Shown here piece after piece: positions 28,024-38,586 of a DNA stretch of 64,000 nt. Location of the stretch: assembly GCA_028693815.1 (NCBI GenBank), contig JAQUUP010000005.1, positions 104-64,103 of the forward strand, given 5' to 3'. The stretch comes from Candidatus Omnitrophota bacterium. GTDB lineage: Bacteria > Omnitrophota > Gorgyraeia > Zapsychrales > Aceulaceae. A program made the translations under genes and the position numbers. A model generated the notes under the pieces. It was given only the letters and a program-made list of their open reading frames with translations, had not been told where the DNA came from and did not search any database. Within the stretch, counting starts at the first letter, position 1, and each line of letters opens with the position of its first letter.

Positions 28024-29703
28024 ATGCCCAAGAAGTGGTTTATTAAAACTCCCAATCCTCACCTGCAAGTTCAGTTAAGCAATGTTCTTAAAATCCATCC
28101 GATTGTTTCTCAACTTTTAGTGAATCGTGGTGTCAAAACTCCTGAAGAAGCAAAGCAATTTCTGTTTAGCGATTTTAAAGATTTACACGATCCTTTTTTG
28201 CTTAAAGATATGGATAAGGCTGTTAATCGTATCAGGCAAGCAAAAGATAACGGGGAAGTTGTCCTTGTTTTTGGGGACTATGATGTTGACGGAGTGACTT
28301 CTTCTGCGATTCTAACAAAGGCGCTAAAGAAATTGGGAATCAAGGTCATTAATCATATTCCGCATCGTTTAACTGATGGGTATGGATTAAATCATGAGAT
28401 TGCAAAAGAAGCAAAAGAAAAAGGTGTGAGCCTTTTGATTTCTGTTGATTGTGGCATTAGTGCAATCGAAGAGGCTAAGACATTAAAAGATAATGGAATT
28501 GATGTGATTATTGTTGATCATCATGAGCCTTTGAAAGAAAACGTTCCAGACGCTGTTGCTGTCATTGATCCAAAGCGCAAAGATTGTCCGTATCCGTTTG
28601 GAGGGTTGGCTGCTGTTGCTTTGGCCTTTAAGCTGGCGCAAGCTTTGCATGGAACGCAATATATCGAAGATCTTGATTTGGTAGCCTTGGGAACGATTGC
28701 AGATGTTGTTCCTCTTTATGGAGAAAATCGAATTTTTGTAAAATCAGGATTGCCGGCCATTGAAAAAACAAAGAATTTTGGACTTAGGGCTCTTATGGAT
28801 GGCGCACGGATCAAAAAGAAATTAACGCCGCGCCATGTTGGATTTATTTTAGGGCCTCGTATTAATGCCATGGGTCGCATTGATTCAGCCGAAAAATCTC
28901 TGCAACTTCTTTTAAGTGAGAGCGCTGATGAGGCAAGAGGCATTGCGCAGGTTTTAGAGGATCACAATAAGCAACGTCAAAAAATGCAAACTGAAATTAT
29001 TGATGCGGCGCTTAAAAAAGTAGAGCAAGAAGTGAATTTTAAGACAGATCGAGTTATTGTTGTTGGAGAACAAGGATGGCACAGAGGAGTTGTTGGCATT
29101 GTTGCTGCAAGGATTATGGATACTTATTATCGGCCTACCATTGTTCTTTCAATTGAAGAGGGCATAGCTGTAGGATCGGCTAGATCGATTCAAGGATTTC
29201 ATCTTTTTGATGCGCTTAGCCAATGCTCGTCTTTGTTGGAAAATTATGGTGGACATAAATATGCAGCTGGCTTGACGGTTCGGGAAGAAAATATTTCGGG
29301 TCTTCGAGAGAAGATGAACAGAATTGCTTGTGATACTCTTTGTGCAGAAGATCTTATTCCGAGCCTTTCGATTGATTGTGAGATTGCTCTTTCGGATGTT
29401 AATATGAATTTGGTTAATCTGGTTAATAAGCTTGAGCCTTATGGGGAAGGAAATCCAGAGCCTATTTTTTGCTCGAGAGCGGTAACCGTGAAAAGTCCGG
29501 CTGTTGTGTTGGGTAGAGGGACACTAAAATTTTGGGTTACAGATGGCATTAATGTTTTTTCTGCAGTTGGATTTGGAATGGAAAGTTATCGCAACGTTGT
29601 TGAGCAGGGTAAGAAAGTAGATCTTGCCTATAAAGTTTCAATCGATGATTGGAATAAAGAGCCAACAGTCCAATTAGAGTTAAAGGATATCAAGGAAGCT
29701 TAA
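28024..29703 (+). CDS. recJ: single-stranded-DNA-specific exonuclease RecJ
   Basis: It has the DHH-family motifs DYDVDGVTS and IIVDHHEP. Confidence 0.85.
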   Translation: MPKKWFIKTPNPHLQVQLSNVLKIHPIVSQLLVNRGVKTPEEAKQFLFSDFKDLHDPFLLKDMDKAVNRIRQAKDNGEVVLVFGDYDVDGVTSSAILTKALKKLGIKVINHIPHRLTDGYGLNHEIAKEAKEKGVSLLISVDCGISAIEEAKTLKDNGIDVIIVDHHEPLKENVPDAVAVIDPKRKDCPYPFGGLAAVALAFKLAQALHGTQYIEDLDLVALGTIADVVPLYGENRIFVKSGLPAIEKTKNFGLRALMDGARIKKKLTPRHVGFILGPRINAMGRIDSAEKSLQLLLSESADEARGIAQVLEDHNKQRQKMQTEIIDAALKKVEQEVNFKTDRVIVVGEQGWHRGVVGIVAARIMDTYYRPTIVLSIEEGIAVGSARSIQGFHLFDALSQCSSLLENYGGHKYAAGLTVREENISGLREKMNRIACDTLCAEDLIPSLSIDCEIALSDVNMNLVNLVNKLEPYGEGNPEPIFCSRAVTVKSPAVVLGRGTLKFWVTDGINVFSAVGFGMESYRNVVEQGKKVDLAYKVSIDDWNKEPTVQLELKDIKEA

Positions 29704-29848
29704 GTTTGCGGAAGCCAAGCGACGCAAATTTTAGCTGATGTTATCCCGAATTTTTTAATGAGGGATTAAAGAAAATTTATAGTGTTCGTAGAGTTTTTGG
29801 CGCTTGTAGAGTTTTAGCTCTGTAAGCTCAAAGAATTAAAGAAATTGT

Positions 29849-30079
29849 TTAGGCTGCTTTTGTAATTTTTCCAGCTTTGATACACTTTGTGCAGACAGAA
29901 GTTCTTTTGGTAGAGTTCTTTAAAACAATTTTAACGCTTTGCAGATTTGGGCTAAATCGTCTTGGAGATTTTCCGACAATTTTTTGACCTGCACCGCCTT
30001 TTCGGACAGCCATACCACGCCTTTTGTATTTACGTCCAGCGATCGAGGTTTTTCCACATATTTCGCATGATTTTGCCAT
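29849..30079 (-). CDS. rpmB: 50S ribosomal protein L28
   Basis: 76 aa. It has an MAKSCEICGK N-terminus and PNLQ and CTKC motifs. Confidence 0.8.
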   Translation of the reverse strand: MAKSCEICGKTSIAGRKYKRRGMAVRKGGAGQKIVGKSPRRFSPNLQSVKIVLKNSTKRTSVCTKCIKAGKITKAA

Positions 30080-30138
30080 AATTTTTTCCTTAAATGAGGC
30101 CGAAACTTATGGAATTTTTATGATATAAGTTTTTTGGC

Positions 30139-30236
30139 CGAATTTACCTCATGCCCGAAGGGCATTGGGGTTTCAATTATTTTGATTCTTGAACGTTACC
30201 CCATGCCCGAAAGGCATTGGGTTGAAATAGAAGTAT
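30139..30236 (-). repeat. double-hairpin dispersed repeat, family 2, copy B (inverted orientation)
   Basis: The reverse complement reads CCCAATGCC-tttcg-GGCATGGGG, then TAACGTTCAAGAATCAAAATAATTGAAA, then CCCCAATGCCC-ttcg-GGGCATGAGG, then TAAATTCGG. Confidence 0.8.
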
Positions 30237-30368
30237 ACTAAAAAATGGCGTTTTGTCAAGTAGGAAATTGATCGAAAGACACTGCAAAACTAAGGTTTTT
30301 TTATTTTAAGATATCTGTTATAATGCCATTTAGAAATTTCAAATAGAAAATTCAAGATAGAGGAGAAT

Positions 30369-30551
30369 ATGAAAAGAAAAGTTATTTGGATTTTAATTGG
30401 TTTGATTATTATTGGAACGGTTTCAGCGCTTTTGGTTATGCGTTCAATGTGCATGTCAACATGCATTGCAAGCTTTGAAGGAGCTTATCCTGAGATTGCT
30501 TGTAAGTATGAATGCGCTATTCTTGATAAATTTAAGAAACCATCAAGATAA
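30369..30551 (+). CDS. small Cys-rich membrane protein, hypothetical
   Basis: 60 aa with an N-terminal transmembrane segment and five Cys. A GGAG RBS lies upstream. Confidence 0.4.
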   Translation: MKRKVIWILIGLIIIGTVSALLVMRSMCMSTCIASFEGAYPEIACKYECAILDKFKKPSR

Positions 30552-30560
30552 GCACTAGTT

Positions 30561-33476
30561 ATGCCTAACGAGATTGCCTCAAAGCTCAATCCTGAGCAAA
30601 AAAAATCTGTAATGCATGGCGATGGGCCACTTTTGATTATTGCCGGAGCAGGTACCGGCAAGACAACGGTTATTACGCGTCGCATTGCACATCTGATTGT
30701 GGATGAAAAAGTTAAGCCGAGTGAAATATTGGCGCTGACTTTTACAGATAAAGCGGCTTATCAGATGCAGGAAAAAGTCGATATCTTGGTCCCGTATGGT
30801 TTTACGGATACATGGATTTCAACGTTTCATTCATTTGGAGATCGGGTTTTAAGAGAAAATGCTTTAGAGATTGGACTTGATCCAGATTTTAAAGTTTTGA
30901 CTCGACCGCAAGCGGCTGTTTTTTTTCAGGAAAATCTTTTTAAATTTCAACTTAATCATTTTCGTCCGCTAGGAAATCCTATTAAATTTGTTGATGCGAT
31001 GATTTCTCTTTTTTCAAGAGCGCTCGATGAAGATGTTTCTCCGGAAGAATATCTAAAACATGCAGAAAGCCTTAAAAAGGAGTCTGCGGAAAATCCAAAA
31101 GACGATGCTCTCAAACAAGAATCAGAGTGTCAGATGGAACTTGCGATTTGCTATAAGCAGTATCAGGATCTTCTTTTAAAAGAGGGGAAACTTGATTTTG
31201 CAAATCAATTTTATTTATCTTTAAAGTTGTTGCGTGAGCATCCGCGTGTTCTAAAGAGATATCAAAATCAGTTTCGTTATATTTTGGTTGATGAGTTTCA
31301 GGATACCAATTATGCGCAATTCGAGCTTGTGAAGATTTTGTTATCACAAAACAATAATTTGACTGTTGTTGCGGATGACGATCAATCGATTTATAAATGG
31401 CGTGGAGCTGCTGTGAGCAATATTATGAATTTTGTTCAACTGTATCCTGATAGCGAAAAAATTGCGCTGACACAAAATTATCGATCAACACAAAATATCT
31501 TGGATGCCTCGTATCGCTTGATTCAAAATAATAATCCTGATCGTTTTGAGGTGCAAGCCAAGATCGATAAAAAGCTAATTTCTCAGAATAAAAAAGGACA
31601 GGATCCAAAACATATCCATTTTGATACGTTGTCTTCTGAGGCCGATTGGGTATCTGAATATATTAGCGAGTGCATCGATCAAAAGAAATATGTATATAAC
31701 GATTTTGCTATTCTTGTCCGATCTAATGCTACAGCGGATCCTTTTATTCGCGCATTAAATATGCGCGGCATTCCATGGCAGTTTAGTGGCAACCAAGGAT
31801 TGTATTCTCTTAAAGAAGTCCGGCTGTGTATTCATTTTTTGCGCATGATTGCTAATCCTGGTGATTCATTAAGCTTGTTTTATTTGGCGACGTCAAGTAT
31901 TTATCAGATTCCAGCAGTCGAATTAACGCAAATGATGCATCATGCCAAGAGAAGACAATGGGATTTATTTTATACGTTAAAGCATATAGACCAAATTCAA
32001 GAGTTTTTGGAGTTGTCTGATGAATTTCTTGAAAAAAAGGATCAGTTTCTCAAGGATGTCGAGAAGTATATCGATTGGGCAAAAGATTATACAACAGGAA
32101 GATTGCTTTATACGTTTTTGACTGACACAGGTTTTATTGCGGGTCTTGTTAGAGAACAAAATATCGAAAACGAAGATACGTTAAGAAATATTGCAAAGTT
32201 TTTTGATGTTGTTAAGAATTTCGAACATGTGACTAATGAAGATCGTGTTTTATATTTTATTCAGTATTTGGATATGATGATTAATGTCGGAGATGATCCT
32301 GCGGTTGCAGAGGCGGATATTGATACGTCTGCGGTTAATGTAATGACAATACATAAAGCTAAAGGATTAGAGTTTCCAGTTGTTTTTATGGTTAGCTTGA
32401 TTGAAAAGAAATTTCCGTGGCCAAGGCGGAGTGATCCGATTGAACTCCCTTCTGAGCTTATCAAAGACATTTTACCTTTAGGTGATTTTCATATTCAAGA
32501 GGAGAGAAGACTTTTTTATGTTGGAATGACGCGTGCCAAGGAAGAATTGTTTTTGACATCTGCGGTTGATTACGGGACAAAACAGCCTAGGAAAGTAAGC
32601 CGTTTTGTTGTTGAATCTGTTGAAGAGAAAAGAGATGCCTATACGATTAAGACAACGGCACTGCAAGCTATTGAGCGAAATGCTCCTAGTGCAGTACCGT
32701 TTGTTTCTGCAAAGAAAATTATTGATGACAAAGAGATTCTAAAGTTAAGTTATTATCAGATTGATGATTATTTGACCTGTCCGTTAAAATACAAATATAT
32801 TCATATTCTTCGCGTGCCGATTATGACGCATCATACGGTTGCCTATGGAAAAGCACTTCATGATGCCGTTCAGCTTTATCATCAGAGAAAGATGGATGGC
32901 AAGGATGTTTCTTTGGATGACGTTGTTCAAGCGTTTGAACGTTCATTTCAAAAGCAGGGATTTTTGTCCAGAGAACATATTGAGCTTCGTATTCAAGGAG
33001 CGAAGCAGGCGCTGGAAGAGTTCTATTTACAACAAGAGCGACTAAAAATTATTCCGTCGTTTGTTGAAAAAGAATTTTCATTTATGATTGAAAATAATCG
33101 CATGGTTGGCCGATGGGACCGTGTCGATGTTGTTGATGGAGTGGCAACTGTTATTGATTTTAAATCGTCGGAAATTAAAAAGCAGGTTGATGCGGATAAA
33201 AAAGCAAAAGCAAACTTACAGCTTAATCTTTATAGCCTTGCGTATGAAAAAATGACTGGAACACTTCCTGCTTTTAAGGAGCTTCATTTTCTAGAGACAG
33301 GATTGGTTGGGCGTGCAGAAGTTACTCAAAAGGATATTGATAAAATTTTAGCGGCTATCAAAGACGCTTCTGATGGTATTCGAAAGGGAACATTTGACCC
33401 TAAACCAGATTTTTTAGCTTGTTCCTATTGCGCATATAATCAAATTTGTCCAAAAGTTAAAATTAATTTGGCATAA
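30561..33476 (+). CDS. UvrD/PcrA-family helicase fused to a C-terminal PD-(D/E)xK (RecB/Cas4-like) nuclease domain
   Basis: 971 aa. It has Walker A (AGAGTGKTT) and UvrD motifs. The C-terminus carries a Cys cluster (CPLKYKY...CSYCAYNQIC) like the Fe-S nuclease domains of AddB/RecB. Confidence 0.8.
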   Translation: MPNEIASKLNPEQKKSVMHGDGPLLIIAGAGTGKTTVITRRIAHLIVDEKVKPSEILALTFTDKAAYQMQEKVDILVPYGFTDTWISTFHSFGDRVLRENALEIGLDPDFKVLTRPQAAVFFQENLFKFQLNHFRPLGNPIKFVDAMISLFSRALDEDVSPEEYLKHAESLKKESAENPKDDALKQESECQMELAICYKQYQDLLLKEGKLDFANQFYLSLKLLREHPRVLKRYQNQFRYILVDEFQDTNYAQFELVKILLSQNNNLTVVADDDQSIYKWRGAAVSNIMNFVQLYPDSEKIALTQNYRSTQNILDASYRLIQNNNPDRFEVQAKIDKKLISQNKKGQDPKHIHFDTLSSEADWVSEYISECIDQKKYVYNDFAILVRSNATADPFIRALNMRGIPWQFSGNQGLYSLKEVRLCIHFLRMIANPGDSLSLFYLATSSIYQIPAVELTQMMHHAKRRQWDLFYTLKHIDQIQEFLELSDEFLEKKDQFLKDVEKYIDWAKDYTTGRLLYTFLTDTGFIAGLVREQNIENEDTLRNIAKFFDVVKNFEHVTNEDRVLYFIQYLDMMINVGDDPAVAEADIDTSAVNVMTIHKAKGLEFPVVFMVSLIEKKFPWPRRSDPIELPSELIKDILPLGDFHIQEERRLFYVGMTRAKEELFLTSAVDYGTKQPRKVSRFVVESVEEKRDAYTIKTTALQAIERNAPSAVPFVSAKKIIDDKEILKLSYYQIDDYLTCPLKYKYIHILRVPIMTHHTVAYGKALHDAVQLYHQRKMDGKDVSLDDVVQAFERSFQKQGFLSREHIELRIQGAKQALEEFYLQQERLKIIPSFVEKEFSFMIENNRMVGRWDRVDVVDGVATVIDFKSSEIKKQVDADKKAKANLQLNLYSLAYEKMTGTLPAFKELHFLETGLVGRAEVTQKDIDKILAAIKDASDGIRKGTFDPKPDFLACSYCAYNQICPKVKINLA

Positions 33477-33480
33477 ATTA

Positions 33481-33780
33481 ATGAAACAGAATTTAGATTT
33501 ATTTTATTATCATCAGCTGCAAGAAAAGCAGTATCAAGCATGGGAAAATAAGTGCCTTAATTGCGGCGCATGTTGTGGATTGCAAGATGGAGATCCTTGT
33601 GAGCATTTAAGGATGAGTACAGAAGGAAAGTCTTCGTGCGATATTTATGAAAATCGTTTTGGGCTTCATAAGACACAGCAGGGCAGAGAATTTCGTTGCG
33701 TTCCTATTAGGGATATTTTGCATAAAAGTTGGCCAGGAGACTGTGGCTGCGCCTATAAATATAAAACGGACCCATCTTGA
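33481..33780 (+). CDS. YkgJ-like putative zinc/iron-chelating (CxxCxxCC) protein
   Basis: 99 aa with a CLNCGACCG motif and further Cys. Confidence 0.5.
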   Translation: MKQNLDLFYYHQLQEKQYQAWENKCLNCGACCGLQDGDPCEHLRMSTEGKSSCDIYENRFGLHKTQQGREFRCVPIRDILHKSWPGDCGCAYKYKTDPS

Positions 33781-33849
33781 CAGAAGGCTATTATCGCCTT
33801 AGAATAAGTTTCAATATTATTTAGTTATTTATAACAGGGGGCGAAATAC

Positions 33850-34800
33850 ATGTATCGGGAGCAAATTAAAGTTTTAGATTGTACGATCCGCGATGGGGGA
33901 TTGATTAATAATCATGATTTTGATATTAAGTTTGTCCGTGAAGTCTATAAGGCTGTTTCTCAGTCTGGGGCTGATTATATTGAGCTTGGGTACAAGAACT
34001 CTAAACATCTTTTTTCTGAAAAAGAATATGGGCTATGGAAATTTTGTGAAGATGATGTAATCCATCAGGTTGTTGATGGTATCGAATCTAATGCCAAGGT
34101 TTCGGTTATGGTTGATATTGGACGTGTTAATATTGATGATGTGAAGCCTGCGGCGGACAGTCCTGTGGATATGGTGAGAGTTGCTTGTTATGTTAAAGAT
34201 ATTGATAAAGCCATTGCTATGGTTAATGATTTTCATGGGAAAGGTTATGAAACAACCATCAATATTATGGCTATTTCACGTGATCAGGGGCCAGAACTTA
34301 CGCAAGCTTTGCGTCAAGTTGAAAAAGAATGTCAAGCTAAGGCGATTTATATTGTTGATAGTTTTGGCGCTCTTTATCAGGAATCTGTTGAAGATTTAGT
34401 CAAGCAGTTTAAAGATATTTTAAAGACAAAAGAGGTTGGATTTCATGGACATAATAATCAGCAGCTTGGATTTGGAAACACTATTGAGGCGATTATTCAT
34501 GGAGCAAATTTTTTGGATGCGACTGTTTATGGGATTGGGCGTGCGGCAGGCAATTGTCCCTTGGAGCTTTTGCTAGGATTTTTGAAAAATCCAAAATTTG
34601 ATATTCGTCCACTTTTAGATTTAATTTCTAAAGAATTTATTCCATTGCGTAATAAAATTGAATGGGGATATATTATTCCTTATGCGATTGCTGGCATGCT
34701 TAATGAGCATCCTAAGCTTGCGATGGCGTTGCGTGAAAGTGAGCATAAAGAAAATTATCGTGAGTTTTACGAAAGCTTAGTAAGCACGGAAACAGAATAA
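33850..34800 (+). CDS. HMGL-like (pyruvate carboxyltransferase / aldolase TIM-barrel) family protein
   Basis: 316 aa. It has an LDCTIRDGG N-terminal motif and an HGHNN metal-binding motif. Confidence 0.6.
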   Translation: MYREQIKVLDCTIRDGGLINNHDFDIKFVREVYKAVSQSGADYIELGYKNSKHLFSEKEYGLWKFCEDDVIHQVVDGIESNAKVSVMVDIGRVNIDDVKPAADSPVDMVRVACYVKDIDKAIAMVNDFHGKGYETTINIMAISRDQGPELTQALRQVEKECQAKAIYIVDSFGALYQESVEDLVKQFKDILKTKEVGFHGHNNQQLGFGNTIEAIIHGANFLDATVYGIGRAAGNCPLELLLGFLKNPKFDIRPLLDLISKEFIPLRNKIEWGYIIPYAIAGMLNEHPKLAMALRESEHKENYREFYESLVSTETE

Positions 34801-34823
34801 TCTAAAAAACAACGGAGGTTTTC

Positions 34824-35207
34824 ATGCCTGGGAAAAAAGTTGTTATTTTTGATGATGAAATAGACATGTTGACAGTAACGGAAACAATACTGACAAGTCG
34901 TGGTTTTGATGTTATAACATTTAGCTCGTCAAAGGATGCGATTAAGGATATTAAGAGAGAAAAGCCAGATTTAATTCTTTTGGATATTAACATGCCTCAC
35001 AAAGATGGGTATCAGGTGTGTGATGAAGTTAGATGTGACGAAGAAATTAAACATATTCCGATTATTGTTTTTACAGCACAAACGATTGAAAAAGATTTGA
35101 TTGATAAAGCTCATGCGTTTTATGGGGCCGATGATTATGTGATTAAGCCTTTTGAGGCGAATGATTTAGTTGATAAAATTAATAAAAATATTTTAAAGCA
35201 TAGTTGA
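34824..35207 (+). CDS. stand-alone response regulator receiver protein
   Basis: 127 aa. The phospho-acceptor Asp lies in LLDINMP. It is CheY-like. Confidence 0.8.
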   Translation: MPGKKVVIFDDEIDMLTVTETILTSRGFDVITFSSSKDAIKDIKREKPDLILLDINMPHKDGYQVCDEVRCDEEIKHIPIIVFTAQTIEKDLIDKAHAFYGADDYVIKPFEANDLVDKINKNILKHS

Positions 35208-35222
35208 TGGACGGAGGAAGGT

Positions 35223-35594
35223 ATGCATAAAATTTTGATTGTTGAGGATGATGTTGACCTTGCGACTGTTTTACAGATGAATCTTGTATCAAAAGGATTT
35301 GAAGTTTTTGTGGCACATGATGCGATTCAGGGTACAAGTTTAGCGCATAACAAAAATCCTGATTTGATTATTTTAGATATTAATTTGCCTGCGGGTGGAG
35401 GATTAGCGATATTAAGAAATGTTAAGATGTCGATCAATACTAAATTGATTCCGGTTATTATTCTTTCAGGCACAGAAGATGAGCAGCTTATTCATGAAGT
35501 TTTGCATGGGGGAGTCGAAGATTATATTAAAAAACCTTATGACCTTGAAGATCTGTGCAAGAGAATTAACCATATTTTGCATGCTACCGAATAG
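35223..35594 (+). CDS. stand-alone response regulator receiver protein
   Basis: 123 aa with an ILDINLP motif. Confidence 0.8.
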   Translation: MHKILIVEDDVDLATVLQMNLVSKGFEVFVAHDAIQGTSLAHNKNPDLIILDINLPAGGGLAILRNVKMSINTKLIPVIILSGTEDEQLIHEVLHGGVEDYIKKPYDLEDLCKRINHILHATE

Positions 35595-35612
35595 TTTTTT
35601 ATTAGACGCATC

Positions 35613-37520
35613 ATGTTAAAAAAACTTAAACTAAGACCTAAATTTTTTCTCTCCTTAATTATTATTTCGATTGTCCCTCTTGTTATTATCAGTTTGTTTA
35701 ACTATCTCTATACAAAATCGGAAATTAAAGAAAGAACTGTTGGGAATTTGCGCGCCCTTAACGATTCGCGCGTTGCGCATATTAATCAATTTATTCGGCT
35801 TCGTCAGGAGCAGGCTAAGGCGCTTGCGGGTACCTTTACGATACGTCAGCTTGACCCTCAGGGAGCTAATTCACCTCGAACGGTTCAGATGGTTCAGGCT
35901 GATATTGAATCTGTTTATAGTGAAATTAAAAAAACACCTCGAAGCGATTATCGAGATATTGATCTTGCTTCATCGATTGCCAATATAAGTGTTTGGGATA
36001 TTCATGGCAATATTATCGCAAATACAAATCGTTTTTTAGTCGGAAAAAAAATGCCGTTTAAGTTTTTGCATATTTTATATAGCAAAGGGACTTATTTTAT
36101 GGGATTTGAAAAGGACTCTTTGACGGATGAAAAATTCTTAACAATTCTAGAAGGCGTTCGAAATTGGGAATCGGGAGAGTATTCTGGTGTTGTTTTTTTA
36201 AGAAGCGATGCTAACGTTCTTGATGAGATTACGGCCGCACGCAAAGGTTTGGGAAGAACCGGGGAGACATATATTGTTAACAAGTCAAGGCTGATGATCA
36301 CTGAATCCCGGTTTGTTAAAGATGCTATTTTAAATTTAGAGGTAAATACACGGGCCGTTGATGCATGTTTTGATTCTGACAAAACAAAAAGTCCAGAAAT
36401 TTATAAGAATTACAGAGGGGACATGGTTTTAGGCGTTCAAAGATATCTGCCGGATCAGCAATGGTGCGTTATAACAGAAACAGCCACAGAAGAAGCTTTT
36501 GATCCAGTGACGGCATTTCGCAATCGTATTCTTGTTATTGGTGGATGTTTAATTCTTTTGATTTTATTTTTAGTGCATGTTGCAGGACTAGCTTTTGTTC
36601 GTCCTATTTTACAAATTCGAGATGCGTCTTTAAAAGTGGCAAGAGGTAATTATGATGTAACAACAAAGGTTGATAGCGAGGATGAATTGCATGATCTTTC
36701 TCGCTCGTTTAATCAAATGACCAAGGTTTTGGCAAGCACAACGGCACAACTTCATGAAAAGAATAAAATTCTAGAACAGCAAAAAGAAGAGCTTAAAAAA
36801 CTCAATGAATTAAAATCAGAATTTGTTTCAATGGTTTCACACGAACTTCGAACGCCGATGTCGATTATCAGAGGAAGTCTTTCACAGCTCGCCGATGAAA
36901 CGGTAGTAAATACCAAAGAAATAAGTCAGCGATTAATTAATATTTCTTTAAACAATATTAAGCGTTTAACAGAAATGATCAATAACTTATTGGATTTATC
37001 AAAGATTGAAGCTGGAAAGATTGAATTGCATAAGGAAGATATCGATATTGTTGGTGTTCTTAAAGAAATATGTCAAACATTTGAGCTAAAAGCCAAAGAT
37101 CATCAAATTCAAATGCGATATCGTTCTTCTTCTGAGAGCATTATAGTTAACGTGGATCGTGATAAAATTATTCAAATATTTTTTAATTTAACGGGCAATT
37201 CAATGAAATTTGTGGAAAAAGGTTTTATTGAAGTTTCGGCAGAGGATAAGGGCGATCATATTCTTTGCATGGTTGAAGATTCTGGCCCTGGAATTTCTAA
37301 AGAAAGCTTGGACAAGGTATTTAGCAAGTTTCAGCAGCTTGGCCATAAAGCCATTAATGATCCTGGGACAAAGGGAACAGGATTGGGTCTTTCGATTTCA
37401 AAAGGTTTAGTTGAGCTTCATGGCGGAACGATTTGGCTCGAGAGTGAAATTGGCGTCGGAACAAAGTTTATATTTACCTTGCCGAAGCAGAATGTTGATT
37501 CTGGCGATAGCCAAGAATAA
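35613..37520 (+). CDS. sensor histidine kinase (TM, periplasmic sensor, HAMP, HisKA, HATPase_c)
   Basis: It has the H-box HELRTPM and the G-box GTGLGLSISKG. Confidence 0.85.
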   Translation: MLKKLKLRPKFFLSLIIISIVPLVIISLFNYLYTKSEIKERTVGNLRALNDSRVAHINQFIRLRQEQAKALAGTFTIRQLDPQGANSPRTVQMVQADIESVYSEIKKTPRSDYRDIDLASSIANISVWDIHGNIIANTNRFLVGKKMPFKFLHILYSKGTYFMGFEKDSLTDEKFLTILEGVRNWESGEYSGVVFLRSDANVLDEITAARKGLGRTGETYIVNKSRLMITESRFVKDAILNLEVNTRAVDACFDSDKTKSPEIYKNYRGDMVLGVQRYLPDQQWCVITETATEEAFDPVTAFRNRILVIGGCLILLILFLVHVAGLAFVRPILQIRDASLKVARGNYDVTTKVDSEDELHDLSRSFNQMTKVLASTTAQLHEKNKILEQQKEELKKLNELKSEFVSMVSHELRTPMSIIRGSLSQLADETVVNTKEISQRLINISLNNIKRLTEMINNLLDLSKIEAGKIELHKEDIDIVGVLKEICQTFELKAKDHQIQMRYRSSSESIIVNVDRDKIIQIFFNLTGNSMKFVEKGFIEVSAEDKGDHILCMVEDSGPGISKESLDKVFSKFQQLGHKAINDPGTKGTGLGLSISKGLVELHGGTIWLESEIGVGTKFIFTLPKQNVDSGDSQE

Positions 37521-37653
37521 GAATGATTTAAAAAAATGAGTGTGGTAGGCATGCTTTTTTCTTATCTGCGATTTTCTTCTGCATTTAGATTTCTCTTGTA
37601 AAAGAAAATAGAATATAGATAATATAAGGATACTTTTTAAAAAGGATTGTCCT

Positions 37654-38586
37654 ATGAATGATATTGTTGCAAATATTAAAAAACTTAAAAAAGAACGCAA
37701 CGCGGTTATTCTTGTGCATAATTATCAGTTGCCTGAGGTTCAGGATATTGCTGATTTTACAGGGGATTCCTTAGGCTTGAGCATTGAAGCCTCAAAAACA
37801 AGCGCTGACGTGATTGTTTTTTGTGGAGTTCATTTTATGGCTGAGACTGCTAAGATTTTGTCTCCACAAAAAACTGTTTTGATTCCAGATTCCAGCGCAG
37901 GTTGTCCGATGGCGGATATGATCACTCGAGAACAATTGCAGGATCTAAAGAAAAAGCATCCTAAAGCAAAAGTGATTTGTTATGTGAACACATCGGCGGA
38001 GGTAAAGGCAGAATGTGATTATTGTTGTACGTCTGCTAATGCTGTTGAAATGCTTGAAAAAGCATTTGATGAAGATGATGAAATCTTATTTGTTCCTGAT
38101 AAATATTTAGCTTCCTATGCGGCATCTCAAACAAATCGTAATGTTATTATTTGGCAAGGATATTGCCCGACGCATGCACGAATATTAGCAGAGCATATTA
38201 TTGATCTTAAAAAGCTTCATCTGAATGCCAAGGTGATGGTTCACCCAGAATGCAGTGGCCCTGTGATCAGGGAAGCGGACGAAGTTTTATCGACATCGGG
38301 AATGTTGCGTTATGCTAAAGAATCGGATGCGAAAGAGTTTATCGTTGGAACAGAAGTTGAAATGGTTTATCCGTTAAGCAAGGAAAATCCAAACAAGATT
38401 TTTTATCCTGTAACAGAGTTAGCCGTATGTCCGAATATGAAAAAAACAACATTAGAAAAAGTTGAGATTTCTTTAAGGAATATGGTTTATGAAGTTATTT
38501 TATCGCAAGAAATTATCAAGGGTGCTAAAAAACCAATTGATAATATGATTAAATTTCGACAGAATGCACAGTTAACAAAGAAATGA
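37654..38586 (+). CDS. nadA: quinolinate synthase
   Basis: 310 aa with the NadA N-terminal motif VHNYQLPEVQDIADFTGDSL. Confidence 0.8.
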   Translation: MNDIVANIKKLKKERNAVILVHNYQLPEVQDIADFTGDSLGLSIEASKTSADVIVFCGVHFMAETAKILSPQKTVLIPDSSAGCPMADMITREQLQDLKKKHPKAKVICYVNTSAEVKAECDYCCTSANAVEMLEKAFDEDDEILFVPDKYLASYAASQTNRNVIIWQGYCPTHARILAEHIIDLKKLHLNAKVMVHPECSGPVIREADEVLSTSGMLRYAKESDAKEFIVGTEVEMVYPLSKENPNKIFYPVTELAVCPNMKKTTLEKVEISLRNMVYEVILSQEIIKGAKKPIDNMIKFRQNAQLTKK

